Translations under genes and position numbers: made by a program
In this document: piece after piece, positions 34,285 through 44,690 of the stretch
Numbering within the stretch: position 1 is the first letter of the stretch
How the letters are laid out: each line of letters opens with the position of its first letter
Origin: a virus
IMG/VR virus record: IMGVR_UViG_3300009285_000883
Location: 7,639-71,638 of that record
DNA: 64,000 nt
Reading direction: 5' to 3' (one strand)
The notes under the pieces: model-generated
Told to the model about the DNA's origin: nothing
Seen by the model: the letters and a program-made list of their open reading frames with translations, nothing else
Database searches by the model: none

Positions 34285-37200
34285 CTAACGACCGCTCGTA
34301 GCTTTCCGCGCCTCAGCCCGAGCTTTTGCGCGCTTGGCAAGTGTGTTGATCAGCGCCTCCAGCTTCTGTGAGTCCTCCAATTCCTTGGGGCTCATGTTCG
34401 CTTCGACTTCCTCGGGGATGTACGAACGCACGAATGTCTTGCCACCAGCCTGCCGCATCATCTGCTGCACGCGCTCACGCAACAGAGACTCCTGCGCGGC
34501 GGGCGATACGTTCGTGACTCGCATGCCGGTCAGCAGGTTCGTCGCCGCCTTGCCGATCTCGGGCAGAGCCTGACCCTTCATCTGCGGGTCCGTGAACGGG
34601 CGGGCCAGACCGCTCAACTGCCGCCCAGTGGACAGCGCACGTGATGCCGGGGAGTTTCCTGCGAGGTACTCGATTGCATCCGAGCCGGGGAACTTCACCG
34701 GGTCGCGCTGACCGGTCAGGTTCGCCAGTGTTCGCCCGATCGTCGGGTCGAGATCCTCCAGCGACCGACCGCCCATCGGACCCTTCTGGAAGAAAGTTTG
34801 ACCGGTTCCCCATTCCAAAGGCATCTTCAAAAGCGGATTCAAGCGGCTCCCGCCTTCGAGCAGGGCCCCGCGCACGCCGCCCCCGAGAAACGACAGCGGG
34901 TCCTCGAACATGAGCCCGGCACCAGTCAGGTATCGCTGTGACCCGTCAGGCGAGTCACCCAGCGGAACAGACGTGGTTTCAGCCACGTAGTCGGGCGTCA
35001 TTACGTCCGGGTTCCGCGCACGGTTCGCCGCGCGCAGCATCTGAGCCAGCTTGCCGCCCGGTTTCTCTTTCAGTTCGGAGAACATCCAGATCGGCATGCT
35101 TTTTGAAAACTTGAAAAAAGGCATGACGCGGCTCATCGTTTCACGCTCGAACGGCGTGAAGTAACGCGAGTCATAAACCGCCTGCGCCTTCAGTACGTTG
35201 GCAGCCGCCTCGGTGGGATCGACACCGCGCTTGAGCTGCTCGATGAAAGGGCTGATCCGGTTGAACGACTCGATTGCGTAGGCGAGTTCCTCACCGGCTG
35301 CTGCGGGGCCAAACTCGGAAGCAGTCCGTCCACCGACTCCACGCATCTTGATCGGATTGAGCGACGTGCCTTTCTTTCGCCCGGTCAGTTTGGAAAGCAC
35401 GCTCTTGAAACTGAACCCATCGAAACCGGTGCGCGGAATCTCAGACGCCAGATCGGCTAGCAGCTTCGGGTTGTTGAGCCCCTCGACTCCCGCGACCGAC
35501 GCGGCCTCCCCGGCTGCGCGGCTGGTCATCCCGTTCGAGAACGCAATCTCACCCAGCAGATCCGTTGCCAATTCGGGCGTGAGTTGAATGCCTCTCTGAG
35601 ACGCAAGTTGTTGCACAGCAGGGATTTGCATCGCACTGGCGACGGTCTTTCCATGCAGCAAAGCGTTTGTTTCTTTGACTGAATCCAGCGACCACATGCC
35701 ACTCAGCCAGTTGTTGACCTGACCCGACAGAAGGTTGCGCGAATGGAAGGCGGGCCACAGTCCAGTCTGCCAGCCTTTCCAGAAGTTGGTGACGTTGTCG
35801 ACTGCCTTCAGGATTGCGCCAGCGGGCTCAGGACGTGCGAAGCCGTTGGCGATCCTGCCCATCGCCGTAGCCGTCTCATCGCTCACGCGGTGCGTCAGGA
35901 GGTCTTTCAGGAGGTACGTGTCGTCCAGAGTGCTGACCGGTTGCCCGAGACGCTGCGCCACGTCCTGCATGTACTGGTTCAGCTCCTGCGGATTCATCGT
36001 CGCCTTGAAGTCGGCGAGCAGCTTCGCGCCGAACGCATCCGGTTGTAGCGTGCCTTGCGCGCCCTGGAATGCTTCCTCCAGAGTCTGCCAGCCACGCTGG
36101 TTGGCGGCGGTTCCTGGCGGGAACATCGTGCCCTTGGACAGCAGCATTTCGCGGATCGAGCGCAGGGACCCGGCCTGACCGATCCCTCGGATCGTGTAGG
36201 ACTCCAGATCACGCACCGGGTGATTAGCGAAGAACCCGATCTTGCGTTGCTCGGGCGTCATGTTCGCCGCCCAGTCGGCGAGCGCCTCGTAGCGGTTCTT
36301 CATCGTTCCGCTCGGGGATGCGTCGGCCTCTCGGAACCACCTTGGGATCTTGTTGCCGTACTTCCGCTCGATGATCTTGGCGATGTCCTTCTTATCGGCC
36401 ATTGCCTCAATCGCATCGTTGATGTCCGTGTCCTGAAGCATCTGCCTAATGGTGGTCGTTTCGTCCTTAATGCCTTCCTTTGCGCCAATGTACGGCTCGA
36501 ATGGCGCCAATATCGGATTGCGACGTTGGGCGAACTCGTTTCTTACGTCGTGCAAACCCGGCGTGGATGATGTGGGTGGAACAAACTCTTCTGTCACGCC
36601 CTGACGCGGGAAGTACCTGCTTTCTGGGCTGTTGTACTCGTGGATCACACCGCCTTCGTTCTCGACAGCCTGCTTGACCTTGTCCTTCAGGTCGTGCATC
36701 TCTTTGAGAATCGCCTGCGCCTGTGGATTCAACTGCGCCGTGGCGGGGCCCGGAGTCACTTCTTCCAGGGCCTGACTAATCAGCGGGCCAAAGCTATCAT
36801 CGCCCTGGCCGGATGCCATCAGGCGCCGAGTCAGGTCGGCCAGTGGCAGCTTGGCCTTCGCCAGATCCATCTCACGTGTCGCGAACTGCTTCTTGGCGAA
36901 GATCTGCCCGAACTCGCCCATCACGCCGCCCAGCTTCGAGTTGAACTGCGTTGCGAGCGCGTCGACCGGCGAGAAGTCGGTGCCGGGGATCTTGCCGTAG
37001 CGGACGGTGCGGCCCATGTCGTCCAGCTTTGTCGCGACCTTCTCTGCGGTCTGCCCAAACCCCATCACCTTCTTTGGCGTGCCCATGAAACCCAACCCAA
37101 AGCTGCCACGGAGCGGTTCCGATGCCAGATCGTTGAGGTTCAGTTTCGCCTTCGAAGCAGCCGTCTGCAGCGCGGTCATCTCCTCGGGGCTCGCCTTCGC

Positions 37201-37719
37201 CATCACGTCCCCGAGCGTCGTCTTGAGCATCGCCTGACGCGGGCCGATCTTCGTCGGGTTCACCTTCGCCACGTCAGCAGCAATGGTGCGCACCTTGGGG
37301 ATCATCCCCGCCTTCTTGACCAGACTGCCGCCCTTGGTCAGCGCGCCGAACGGGAACACGTAGGTCAGCGGGTCGGTGAGGATGTCCACACCGAGCCCGC
37401 CAGCGAAGTTTCCCCACGAGTCTTTCTTCCCAGCCATGCCGTACTTGCGCAGCAGATCACGACCGCTCGTGCGCGACTCACCTGAGAATGGATGCAGGAG
37501 CTGATCGAGCGGGTTCTCCATCGCCAGCACGTCGCGCACCATCGACCCCGGCAGATCGAGCACGTTCCCGACAGCCGCGATCCCTCCGAGCGTCTTGCGA
37601 CCAGCCTTGCGGATGATCGACTCTTCATCCTCGGGCGAGAACGAAGAAACGCCCGGCGCCCGGCGAGCTGCTGTACCGCCGAGCGTCGGGAGTGACGGAA
37701 GTTCAAACATGTTTGCCAT
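34285..37719 (-). CDS. Large internal virion or ejection protein
   Basis: ~1144 aa; FHSRNL and MPFF motifs typical of large internal proteins; late-operon position. Confidence 0.65.
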   Translation of the reverse strand: MANMFELPSLPTLGGTAARRAPGVSSFSPEDEESIIRKAGRKTLGGIAAVGNVLDLPGSMVRDVLAMENPLDQLLHPFSGESRTSGRDLLRKYGMAGKKDSWGNFAGGLGVDILTDPLTYVFPFGALTKGGSLVKKAGMIPKVRTIAADVAKVNPTKIGPRQAMLKTTLGDVMAKASPEEMTALQTAASKAKLNLNDLASEPLRGSFGLGFMGTPKKVMGFGQTAEKVATKLDDMGRTVRYGKIPGTDFSPVDALATQFNSKLGGVMGEFGQIFAKKQFATREMDLAKAKLPLADLTRRLMASGQGDDSFGPLISQALEEVTPGPATAQLNPQAQAILKEMHDLKDKVKQAVENEGGVIHEYNSPESRYFPRQGVTEEFVPPTSSTPGLHDVRNEFAQRRNPILAPFEPYIGAKEGIKDETTTIRQMLQDTDINDAIEAMADKKDIAKIIERKYGNKIPRWFREADASPSGTMKNRYEALADWAANMTPEQRKIGFFANHPVRDLESYTIRGIGQAGSLRSIREMLLSKGTMFPPGTAANQRGWQTLEEAFQGAQGTLQPDAFGAKLLADFKATMNPQELNQYMQDVAQRLGQPVSTLDDTYLLKDLLTHRVSDETATAMGRIANGFARPEPAGAILKAVDNVTNFWKGWQTGLWPAFHSRNLLSGQVNNWLSGMWSLDSVKETNALLHGKTVASAMQIPAVQQLASQRGIQLTPELATDLLGEIAFSNGMTSRAAGEAASVAGVEGLNNPKLLADLASEIPRTGFDGFSFKSVLSKLTGRKKGTSLNPIKMRGVGGRTASEFGPAAAGEELAYAIESFNRISPFIEQLKRGVDPTEAAANVLKAQAVYDSRYFTPFERETMSRVMPFFKFSKSMPIWMFSELKEKPGGKLAQMLRAANRARNPDVMTPDYVAETTSVPLGDSPDGSQRYLTGAGLMFEDPLSFLGGGVRGALLEGGSRLNPLLKMPLEWGTGQTFFQKGPMGGRSLEDLDPTIGRTLANLTGQRDPVKFPGSDAIEYLAGNSPASRALSTGRQLSGLARPFTDPQMKGQALPEIGKAATNLLTGMRVTNVSPAAQESLLRERVQQMMRQAGGKTFVRSYIPEEVEANMSPKELEDSQKLEALINTLAKRAKARAEARKATSGR

Positions 37720-37721
37720 CG

Positions 37722-39755
37722 TTAGTTCCCGAGCATCCACTGGGCCATATTGAACGGCATTTGTGTTGGGCTACTCAGCGCACCCAAAAACGTCATACCT
37801 TCCGGGTACTTGCGATTCGCGCTGGATTTTCCAGACAGTTTTCGATAGAGATCGTCTATGTCGAGTCCCATGCCCCGTGCCATCTGCTCGAACCCTGCGA
37901 AATCACCAGCCTTGTAAAGGTCAGAGAGACGGCCATCTACATCCCCTGGTGCTGGCGCAGGCTGGACCTGACCAGCACCCTGCCCGGTTCCTCCCTGTGT
38001 TGCATTCGGGTCTGTCGCTGGGGCACCGGTACGGCGATTGAGTTCCTGCATGATCTGGTTGTGCGTCCATCCAGGGTTCTGCCCTGCAATGTCTCGGTAA
38101 TTTGCAGAGAACTCGCCACGCTTCTGTTGCTGGATCTCAGCGTCATAGCGACTACCCTGAATCTGCAGCTCTTTCTGTCTATCCTCGTGCTGCATCTGGT
38201 CTTGAGCGAGCCCAGCCCGCCCCAGTTCACCAGACTGGTCGAGTTGTTGTTTCTTCAACTCGTTGTCGGCCTGCTGCATCTTCATGGCTTGCAGCCGAGT
38301 CTCGCGCCGCTCGTCTACGTCGCCTTTCAAGGCATCCTTGCGAATGGCGAGTTCCTCGCGCTGGATATCACGGTCGAGATTTGCCTGCTGAGCGTCCAAG
38401 GCAATTCTCTGCATGCCGAGCGCGAAAGCCGGATTCCGCATCGCCATCTGCTGCATCGGGTTCATCGGCATGTTCGCGTTCTTGCGCGCCTCAATGCGTG
38501 CTGTGCGGTTCGCAGCCTGTGCCATCCCACGCTGCGCGATCAGCTCACGCGCCGCATCACGTCGTCCCTGACGCTCCTCCCTAGCGGCCATCCAACGCGA
38601 GTTACTGGAGTCAGCACGAGGCCCAGTAGCGGGCGCAGCTTGGCCTGACAGGCGAGCCATGAGATTCTGCTGCTTGGTCGCCTGAGCAGCGTCGTAACGC
38701 TTCTGCATGGCATCTCGCAGCGTCTGCGCCTGCGGGTTGAGCGGAGTCGGCTCGGTAGTCTGGTTGGGATTCCAGCCACCGACAGGCTCGACCATGCGAC
38801 TGCCATCGGGTCGGTAAACCGGAGATCCGTCACCTCCGACAGAGCCTTGCACCGTGTTTGGAAGCGGCGCGCCGGACGAGTTTCGGATCGGCATACCGTT
38901 CTCACCAATCGCCCGCGTTCCGTTGCCGCTCAGCATGTCCTGTACGCTAACCGCGCGCCGCTGTCCTGCCAGTTCGTTCTGGCGGGCCTGCTTGGCCTCC
39001 CAGCCTTGCTGCGTGGTCGGGATGTAGTTCGGGTCGTCAAGTTGGCCCTGCGCCTCACCACGAGCCTTGGCAATCACCTGATCGGACGTGAGACCAGCAT
39101 ACTCAGGATTCCCAGGGGCAGGACGCGGGATCGCTGCCATCGGTCCCTGCCCCTGCGACTGCATGAGCGGCGAGACGAACGGCCCCGTGATACGGCTTCC
39201 ATCCTTGTTGATCGGATTCCCATGGAGGTCCTGCCGATAGACAAGGTCATCGACGATCGGCTTGGACGAGTCAGGTCCAGAGGGAATCCCCTGCCCATTG
39301 TTCCAGATCTCCTGCGCACTGATCGGAGCTGGGGTTCGACGCCCTTGCGCGTTCGGCGGTCCACCTGTTCGCGGGAACGAGCCTTGACCACCAAGCAGTT
39401 CAGGCAGCAAGCTCACCGCTGTACGCTGTCCGGTTGGCGCGGTAGACGCTTGCGGTTCCTGAGGCATCGACGGCAGACGCGACGGTAGAGCCGTGTTCTG
39501 GGGAGACGGGCTAACTAGTGGCGGTTGCTGTGGAGGAGTGGGTCCCATGATCCGACCCATCAGACTTGGATTCTGTCCGCCTGAACTCGGAATAACCGGC
39601 TGAGCCGGAAAAGGTGCTCGTGTTCCGTTGTATGGTGCCGCGTTAGGAGTTGGGGGGCGCAGCGTCTGCGTTCCCCACTGACCGCTGTAAGGCGGCTTCT
39701 TCGTCGGTGCGGGAGGAGAGTAGTGGCTGGCAAGTGGAAATCGCGGTAACGGCAT
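37722..39755 (-). CDS. Pro/Gln-rich low-complexity virion (ejection-like) protein
   Basis: GGAGA RBS; composition; position. Confidence 0.6.
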   Translation of the reverse strand: MPLPRFPLASHYSPPAPTKKPPYSGQWGTQTLRPPTPNAAPYNGTRAPFPAQPVIPSSGGQNPSLMGRIMGPTPPQQPPLVSPSPQNTALPSRLPSMPQEPQASTAPTGQRTAVSLLPELLGGQGSFPRTGGPPNAQGRRTPAPISAQEIWNNGQGIPSGPDSSKPIVDDLVYRQDLHGNPINKDGSRITGPFVSPLMQSQGQGPMAAIPRPAPGNPEYAGLTSDQVIAKARGEAQGQLDDPNYIPTTQQGWEAKQARQNELAGQRRAVSVQDMLSGNGTRAIGENGMPIRNSSGAPLPNTVQGSVGGDGSPVYRPDGSRMVEPVGGWNPNQTTEPTPLNPQAQTLRDAMQKRYDAAQATKQQNLMARLSGQAAPATGPRADSSNSRWMAAREERQGRRDAARELIAQRGMAQAANRTARIEARKNANMPMNPMQQMAMRNPAFALGMQRIALDAQQANLDRDIQREELAIRKDALKGDVDERRETRLQAMKMQQADNELKKQQLDQSGELGRAGLAQDQMQHEDRQKELQIQGSRYDAEIQQQKRGEFSANYRDIAGQNPGWTHNQIMQELNRRTGAPATDPNATQGGTGQGAGQVQPAPAPGDVDGRLSDLYKAGDFAGFEQMARGMGLDIDDLYRKLSGKSSANRKYPEGMTFLGALSSPTQMPFNMAQWMLGN

Positions 39756-39785
39756 GTGTTTCTCCTTTGTGGGCAATTATACAGG

Positions 39786-40925
39786 TCAGGCAGATGGTGA
39801 TCGGCCACCCGCCTGTGATGCTGCGAGGGCGGCGCCACCAACGACCGGAATGGCTGGTAAGACTCTGAGCATGTGATTCACGAGTTTTGGGCCATACACT
39901 TGCATCAGCAATTCTGCGTTCTGACGTGCCTCCAGCGGCATGTCGTCTAGCTCTGCAGCACTTAGCTGGAACGATCTCTTGGGAAGGAATCTTCCTGTTC
40001 CGTCAATCATATCTTGCCGTCGATAATACGTCGGAGTAAATGACTTTACTCCAGCCTCCTCCATCGCCTGCCTCGTTCCAGCAATCCTTGCGAGCACCTC
40101 ATCATCATTCATTATGTAATCAACGAACGATTTTCCATTCACGTCAGGACGCTTACGCATGTGCACTGGTCCTGAATAGCCACGATTCTTCCACATGCGC
40201 CTCGCAGCATCATTTACACGTGACAGGTGTAGTTTCAGATTCGGGTGAATATTACGATCGTTTAGATAGTGCTGTCCCTCGTGAATCCCAGTTGGCTTAA
40301 GCGTCTTGTAATTTCGTGCTCCGGCAGGGCTGTATTCAATTGCCCGAGTCGACGGCCTATACTGCGCCACATAATCAATCGGCATATCCGGGTTTGCCTT
40401 AACGTCAACACTGCGACGTTCAAGGTTAGCAAGGTCCGATTCGCCTTTTATTCCATCTTCCCACAGAGGCAGACCAGATCGCTCGTTAATTACATTTGTC
40501 CTCCCCGTGGCCTTCTTTGTTTTCGCCATCTTCTCGCCATAGTGTTTGGCAAGCCACGCTGTCCCCTGTTCAATCTCCCCAACACGCGGATCAATGGCAG
40601 CAACCAGCGGCTTTGTAGCCGCCGCCATCGTCTCGGCGGACTTCGCTGCCGCGGAGGTGGCTTTCGACGCGGCACGTGCTTTCCTGGCCTTACTCAGGTA
40701 CTTGACACCCTTGGCGATCCCAGCACCACCGATGAGGTTCACGGGATCGAGTAGAAGCTCAGCCAGGAACCCAGGGATGTCGCCCGAGTCGAACCCCGGC
40801 TTGTTCGGACCAAGATGCAGAGCCTCTCGCCCGGTCGCCCGAGATCCAGGCTTGCCAGCGAGAAGACCTCTCAGCAAGGCCCCTGGTGTATCAGCGACGT
40901 ACGACAGGGTATCAAGCATGGACAT
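39786..40925 (-). CDS. Putative virion-delivered protein with a zincin-like HExxH domain
   Basis: GIHEGQH plus DEVLAR; N-terminus resembles that of 34285-37719. Confidence 0.6.
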   Translation of the reverse strand: MSMLDTLSYVADTPGALLRGLLAGKPGSRATGREALHLGPNKPGFDSGDIPGFLAELLLDPVNLIGGAGIAKGVKYLSKARKARAASKATSAAAKSAETMAAATKPLVAAIDPRVGEIEQGTAWLAKHYGEKMAKTKKATGRTNVINERSGLPLWEDGIKGESDLANLERRSVDVKANPDMPIDYVAQYRPSTRAIEYSPAGARNYKTLKPTGIHEGQHYLNDRNIHPNLKLHLSRVNDAARRMWKNRGYSGPVHMRKRPDVNGKSFVDYIMNDDEVLARIAGTRQAMEEAGVKSFTPTYYRRQDMIDGTGRFLPKRSFQLSAAELDDMPLEARQNAELLMQVYGPKLVNHMLRVLPAIPVVGGAALAASQAGGRSPSA

Positions 40926-41349
40926 TCTTAAGCTCCCTTCGTGCGCGCCAAACAGCGATACGAACCATCGCCCGCGCCGCCTTCTGAACGAACGGGAGGC
41001 TACGCTCCTTCGCCTCCAGCTCCATCCACTCCACAATGTCATCCATGCGATTGAGGCACTCGTCAGGCCCCCAGTTGTCCATCAACACCGCGTGTTCCTT
41101 GCAGTGGCATCCAGCCCGATCGCGAATCCAGAACTTCGCCAGCAGGCGCGACAGGTGGCAACCGGGACCGCAATGCTTCAGCTTGGTCTTTGACTTGCGT
41201 TCGAGAGGATCGCCCTGCCCAGGACCATTGCCGCGTTCCCACGCATCAAAGTACGCTTGATTCGTCTGACACAGTTCATGCCATCGCGAGTGCTTCTGAC
41301 ACTGATGCCTTTCGCACCAACCAGGTTCCTTGCATTGACAATCTGTCAT
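40912..41349 (-). CDS. Cys-rich hypothetical protein
   Basis: GPG..L...GCHC...MDNWGPDEC; ATGA overlap. Confidence 0.7.
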   Translation of the reverse strand: MTDCQCKEPGWCERHQCQKHSRWHELCQTNQAYFDAWERGNGPGQGDPLERKSKTKLKHCGPGCHLSRLLAKFWIRDRAGCHCKEHAVLMDNWGPDECLNRMDDIVEWMELEAKERSLPFVQKAARAMVRIAVWRARRELKNVHA

Positions 41350-42518
41350 GCCGTCACCTCGATGTAATATTCACCAGAATTGTCGTACGGATCGAGGTCA
41401 AGAGGATCGGGTGGATAGCATAAGTAACACGTCAGATCAGAATCGTCGTGTGTCATTGGACCAAAACGCAATAGCAGCGGTGCACACGTCGATGCAGAAG
41501 TTGGTTCCCACACAGTAAGTGACCCACTTGGCCATGTTGATGCACATCCTGTTGCGCTGCATAGCGACAGGTTGAAGTTCTGCCCCGGATTCGAGGGGTC
41601 GTTATCCCCTGCGCTTTCGCACGTCAGGCACCACTCAAAGAACTGTGAGCTTGCTCCGTTGACAACCGTGTACGAACCTTTCCATCGCGACGTTCCTGCG
41701 TTCCACTCCCATGTCAGCGTGCACGTGTACCCACCTGCGCAACTTGCACGACCTGTCGCATCCACTACTGTGAGCGTCAGTTCCTTAGGTATGGCAATGC
41801 CAAGGCACCGACAAAAGCAGTCATCGCACGTGTCCCCGTTCGAGTCTCGCAACTCAGCCACTCGGTAGTTATCAAAGACATTCAGATGGCCGATGTTGTT
41901 GTGCCCGATCGCTGAAAACCTACCAGTCCCGACAGTCGCGCCCTCAACCCACAGGCCCTCCTCGGCGCTCTGGATGACCCACGCCTTCGCCATGTCGGCA
42001 TCAGCGTCAACGCATGCACCGAGACCAACAAATCCAAGCCCGTTGGCGGTCACTGCCGTGTAATTGACGGAATCAGTCCCAATCGTGACCGTCCACTGTG
42101 ATGGTGCAGTTGTGCATTCAAAGATGACTTCGACGCCACCGCCGACAGAGGTTGAACTGGTGTTGCAGAGCCACAGATAGTAAATGTCGCCCGTCTCGGG
42201 CGAGACCTCGACATACAACTGTTGCTCACCAGCGTGGTCTGCGGGTTGCTCTTGAGTGCAGATGATCTTGGCGTTCGCTGTGCCATCTGTTCCCGTCGAG
42301 TAATCTTCCACGAGCGTGAAACCTGAAATACCCCAGTCCGCAGGCGACACCTCATAGAAGTTCGGCGGTGTGGTTGTGTCGGCGATGTTGAAATTGTCGT
42401 AGTAGAACCAGCAACCGCAGGGGCAGCAGGCGATGCTAAACGCAACGCCCACATGGCCTGGATTGCTGGGGGAACCCCAGAACTGGATCTCACCGTTTTT
42501 GACGTAGATGCTACCCAT
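41346..42518 (-). CDS. Cys-rich, beta-rich tail-associated protein
   Basis: CCPCGC and CDDCFCRC motifs; TAATG coupling. Confidence 0.65.
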   Translation of the reverse strand: MGSIYVKNGEIQFWGSPSNPGHVGVAFSIACCPCGCWFYYDNFNIADTTTPPNFYEVSPADWGISGFTLVEDYSTGTDGTANAKIICTQEQPADHAGEQQLYVEVSPETGDIYYLWLCNTSSTSVGGGVEVIFECTTAPSQWTVTIGTDSVNYTAVTANGLGFVGLGACVDADADMAKAWVIQSAEEGLWVEGATVGTGRFSAIGHNNIGHLNVFDNYRVAELRDSNGDTCDDCFCRCLGIAIPKELTLTVVDATGRASCAGGYTCTLTWEWNAGTSRWKGSYTVVNGASSQFFEWCLTCESAGDNDPSNPGQNFNLSLCSATGCASTWPSGSLTVWEPTSASTCAPLLLRFGPMTHDDSDLTCYLCYPPDPLDLDPYDNSGEYYIEVTA

Positions 42519-43120
42519 TACGCACACTCGGTAAAATCGAACGGTTCAGCGACTAAGTCTGTCCAGCCAGGATAGTACGTCCAGCGCACGCGCAACCCCG
42601 ACGGCAGAGCTACCTCGTGCGGATTCAGCACCGTGAAGTGATTGCCTGTCGCGCTCCACAATTGGTCGTGCTGCTCCACGTCTCCTGTTGTCTCAACAGC
42701 GATGACCTCAGTGGTCTTGCCGATCCACCACATGGACCCTGCGGAAGCATCGTTGACGCAGACGATGCCGCGCTCCGTGTCGATGCCACCAAGAATCACG
42801 AGACCGAGATTCCCCTTCTTCGCCTCGAACGAACCGGACTGCGGACCCCACAGTTCGCCTGTCGCTGGAGTCGCCGCATTGTCGTAGAGTGCGAACACGG
42901 GACCGGTGAGCGATACTAGCCCGTAGCCACCACTTGGAATCGGCTTGTGCGAGTTGATGGCGAACGGTGACACACTGTCTTCACTCGGCTGCGACACCAG
43001 CAATACCGTACGGTTCGGTTCCTCCCACGTGGCGCCGGTGATTTCCACCACGCCGAACGCGGGAATGTCCCCGGAGGCAAGCGCTTCGATCCAGCGAGTT
43101 TTGTGCCATTGGCCGATCAT
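42518..43120 (-). CDS. Tail-associated hypothetical protein
   Basis: IPAFGVVEITG motif; ATGA overlap. Confidence 0.65.
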   Translation of the reverse strand: MIGQWHKTRWIEALASGDIPAFGVVEITGATWEEPNRTVLLVSQPSEDSVSPFAINSHKPIPSGGYGLVSLTGPVFALYDNAATPATGELWGPQSGSFEAKKGNLGLVILGGIDTERGIVCVNDASAGSMWWIGKTTEVIAVETTGDVEQHDQLWSATGNHFTVLNPHEVALPSGLRVRWTYYPGWTDLVAEPFDFTECA

Positions 43121-44688
43121 AGGTGAAGCGCCCTCGCTGATTCGTACCGCAGTCGCTTCTCGGAGCGAGACATGGTCTGGTAGTGATACTCCAAGTTCTT
43201 ACCGCCCCAAGTCGTAGCCGCCTTGCCACCGACAAGCCACCGCAGCATGTGCACGTTTCCGTCAACGTCGATCGGGTACAGTCCGTTCCACTGCATCGAC
43301 ATGGTCGGCAGGGCCGTGTAGATCTTGGCGTGCGACTCGGCCAGCATGCGCGCCTGATCGTCCACGTCGTTCTTGCTGTCGCTAAGCGTGGTCTTGCTCA
43401 GATCGCTGTAGTGCTGGATCAAACAGCGGAACATGTCGAGTTGCTCGACCTGCGCATCTCCGTACCCGGTGGACGACTGCGGGTTGATCTCGTGTGAATA
43501 CTCGTGCAGCCACCGGGAATAAGTCGGCCCCTTGCGGGCATAAAAGGCGGCTGTCAGGAATAACTCTGCTGGGTCCTGGTGGCCGGTCTCCAGCACCTTG
43601 AACACGGCGTACGGCAGCTTCACGATGCCACGTTCAGTATCCAGCTCGAACTCGTCATCGAACCGGGCGAAGTCGCCTTCTTCTTCGTTGATCCCCTTCA
43701 GGTCCGAGTTGAACAAGTACCCTTCGACGAACGGAGTCTCAGCCGTATCGTCGGACACGTCGGCGAGCTGCGGAAGTAGCGGAAGAATATCCTCGATCGC
43801 AGAGAGTGTGTACTCAGGAACCGGGAGATCGAGCGAACCGTCGGAGAACGTCTTGATTCGATACCAGCGATAGACCGTGTCTCGGGCGAGTTGTCGTTCC
43901 TCACCGTCCGGCACATTCGAGAACACGCCTGGAATCTCATACTGCCATCCCGCAGTTGGCTTGTACGTCAGTTCGTCGATGGGCTTAATCGAGCCGTCAT
44001 AGTCAACGCCTACCGCCTCCAGTTTGATCTTCATCTGGAACTTAGTTGGACCGAGTGTGGCGACGACGTTCTTGGGCAGTGCTGACGGGTTGGTGTCGAT
44101 GACCGGGTTCAGCTCAAACCCTGTCGTGGGATAGGTCGGGCCTTCTCCGTACGGAACGATCTTGATCGTGTTGTCGAGCCTCAGGACGATCAGGCACCCG
44201 ATGCGATCGCACAAGTAGGCGAGCTGCAGATCGGCGCGCTGACGTGACCAGTTGACCTCGGGCGGTTCGAGACCTTCCGCCGTCAAGCGAATGTCGTAGC
44301 TCGTCTCACCAAGCGCCTTCAGGAGGATCTCCAACACCTCCTTATAGGTCTTCTTTGTGTCGGCCTTGATCGTGCCATCGGCGAGCCGCACGTTGTACCG
44401 GCCCGAGATCAGGCAGTGCTTCCACTTCCACCGTCGATCGAGGATCAGCACGCGATACCGGAACCCGCGCCGCACTGCCGGTGGCGTGATCGTGTACTGA
44501 TCGATCGCACAATCCTTGAAGCTCAGGATCGGCGTGGCGCCGTCCGTGAAGGCGAGATCGCCATACATGGCACTGGTCGGCTCAGCCACCGCATAGGCCA
44601 CGCACACTGACGGAGCGATCCCATGCGTCAGCAGCATGTCGCCGCGCGTGAGCTTCAGTTCAGGAAATGTGACGCCGAAGTTCGGCAT
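43117..44688 (-). CDS. Tail tip or baseplate hub-like protein
   Basis: DRRWKW...G.YN motif; size and position. Confidence 0.55.
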   Translation of the reverse strand: MPNFGVTFPELKLTRGDMLLTHGIAPSVCVAYAVAEPTSAMYGDLAFTDGATPILSFKDCAIDQYTITPPAVRRGFRYRVLILDRRWKWKHCLISGRYNVRLADGTIKADTKKTYKEVLEILLKALGETSYDIRLTAEGLEPPEVNWSRQRADLQLAYLCDRIGCLIVLRLDNTIKIVPYGEGPTYPTTGFELNPVIDTNPSALPKNVVATLGPTKFQMKIKLEAVGVDYDGSIKPIDELTYKPTAGWQYEIPGVFSNVPDGEERQLARDTVYRWYRIKTFSDGSLDLPVPEYTLSAIEDILPLLPQLADVSDDTAETPFVEGYLFNSDLKGINEEEGDFARFDDEFELDTERGIVKLPYAVFKVLETGHQDPAELFLTAAFYARKGPTYSRWLHEYSHEINPQSSTGYGDAQVEQLDMFRCLIQHYSDLSKTTLSDSKNDVDDQARMLAESHAKIYTALPTMSMQWNGLYPIDVDGNVHMLRWLVGGKAATTWGGKNLEYHYQTMSRSEKRLRYESARALHL

Positions 44689-44690
44689 GA

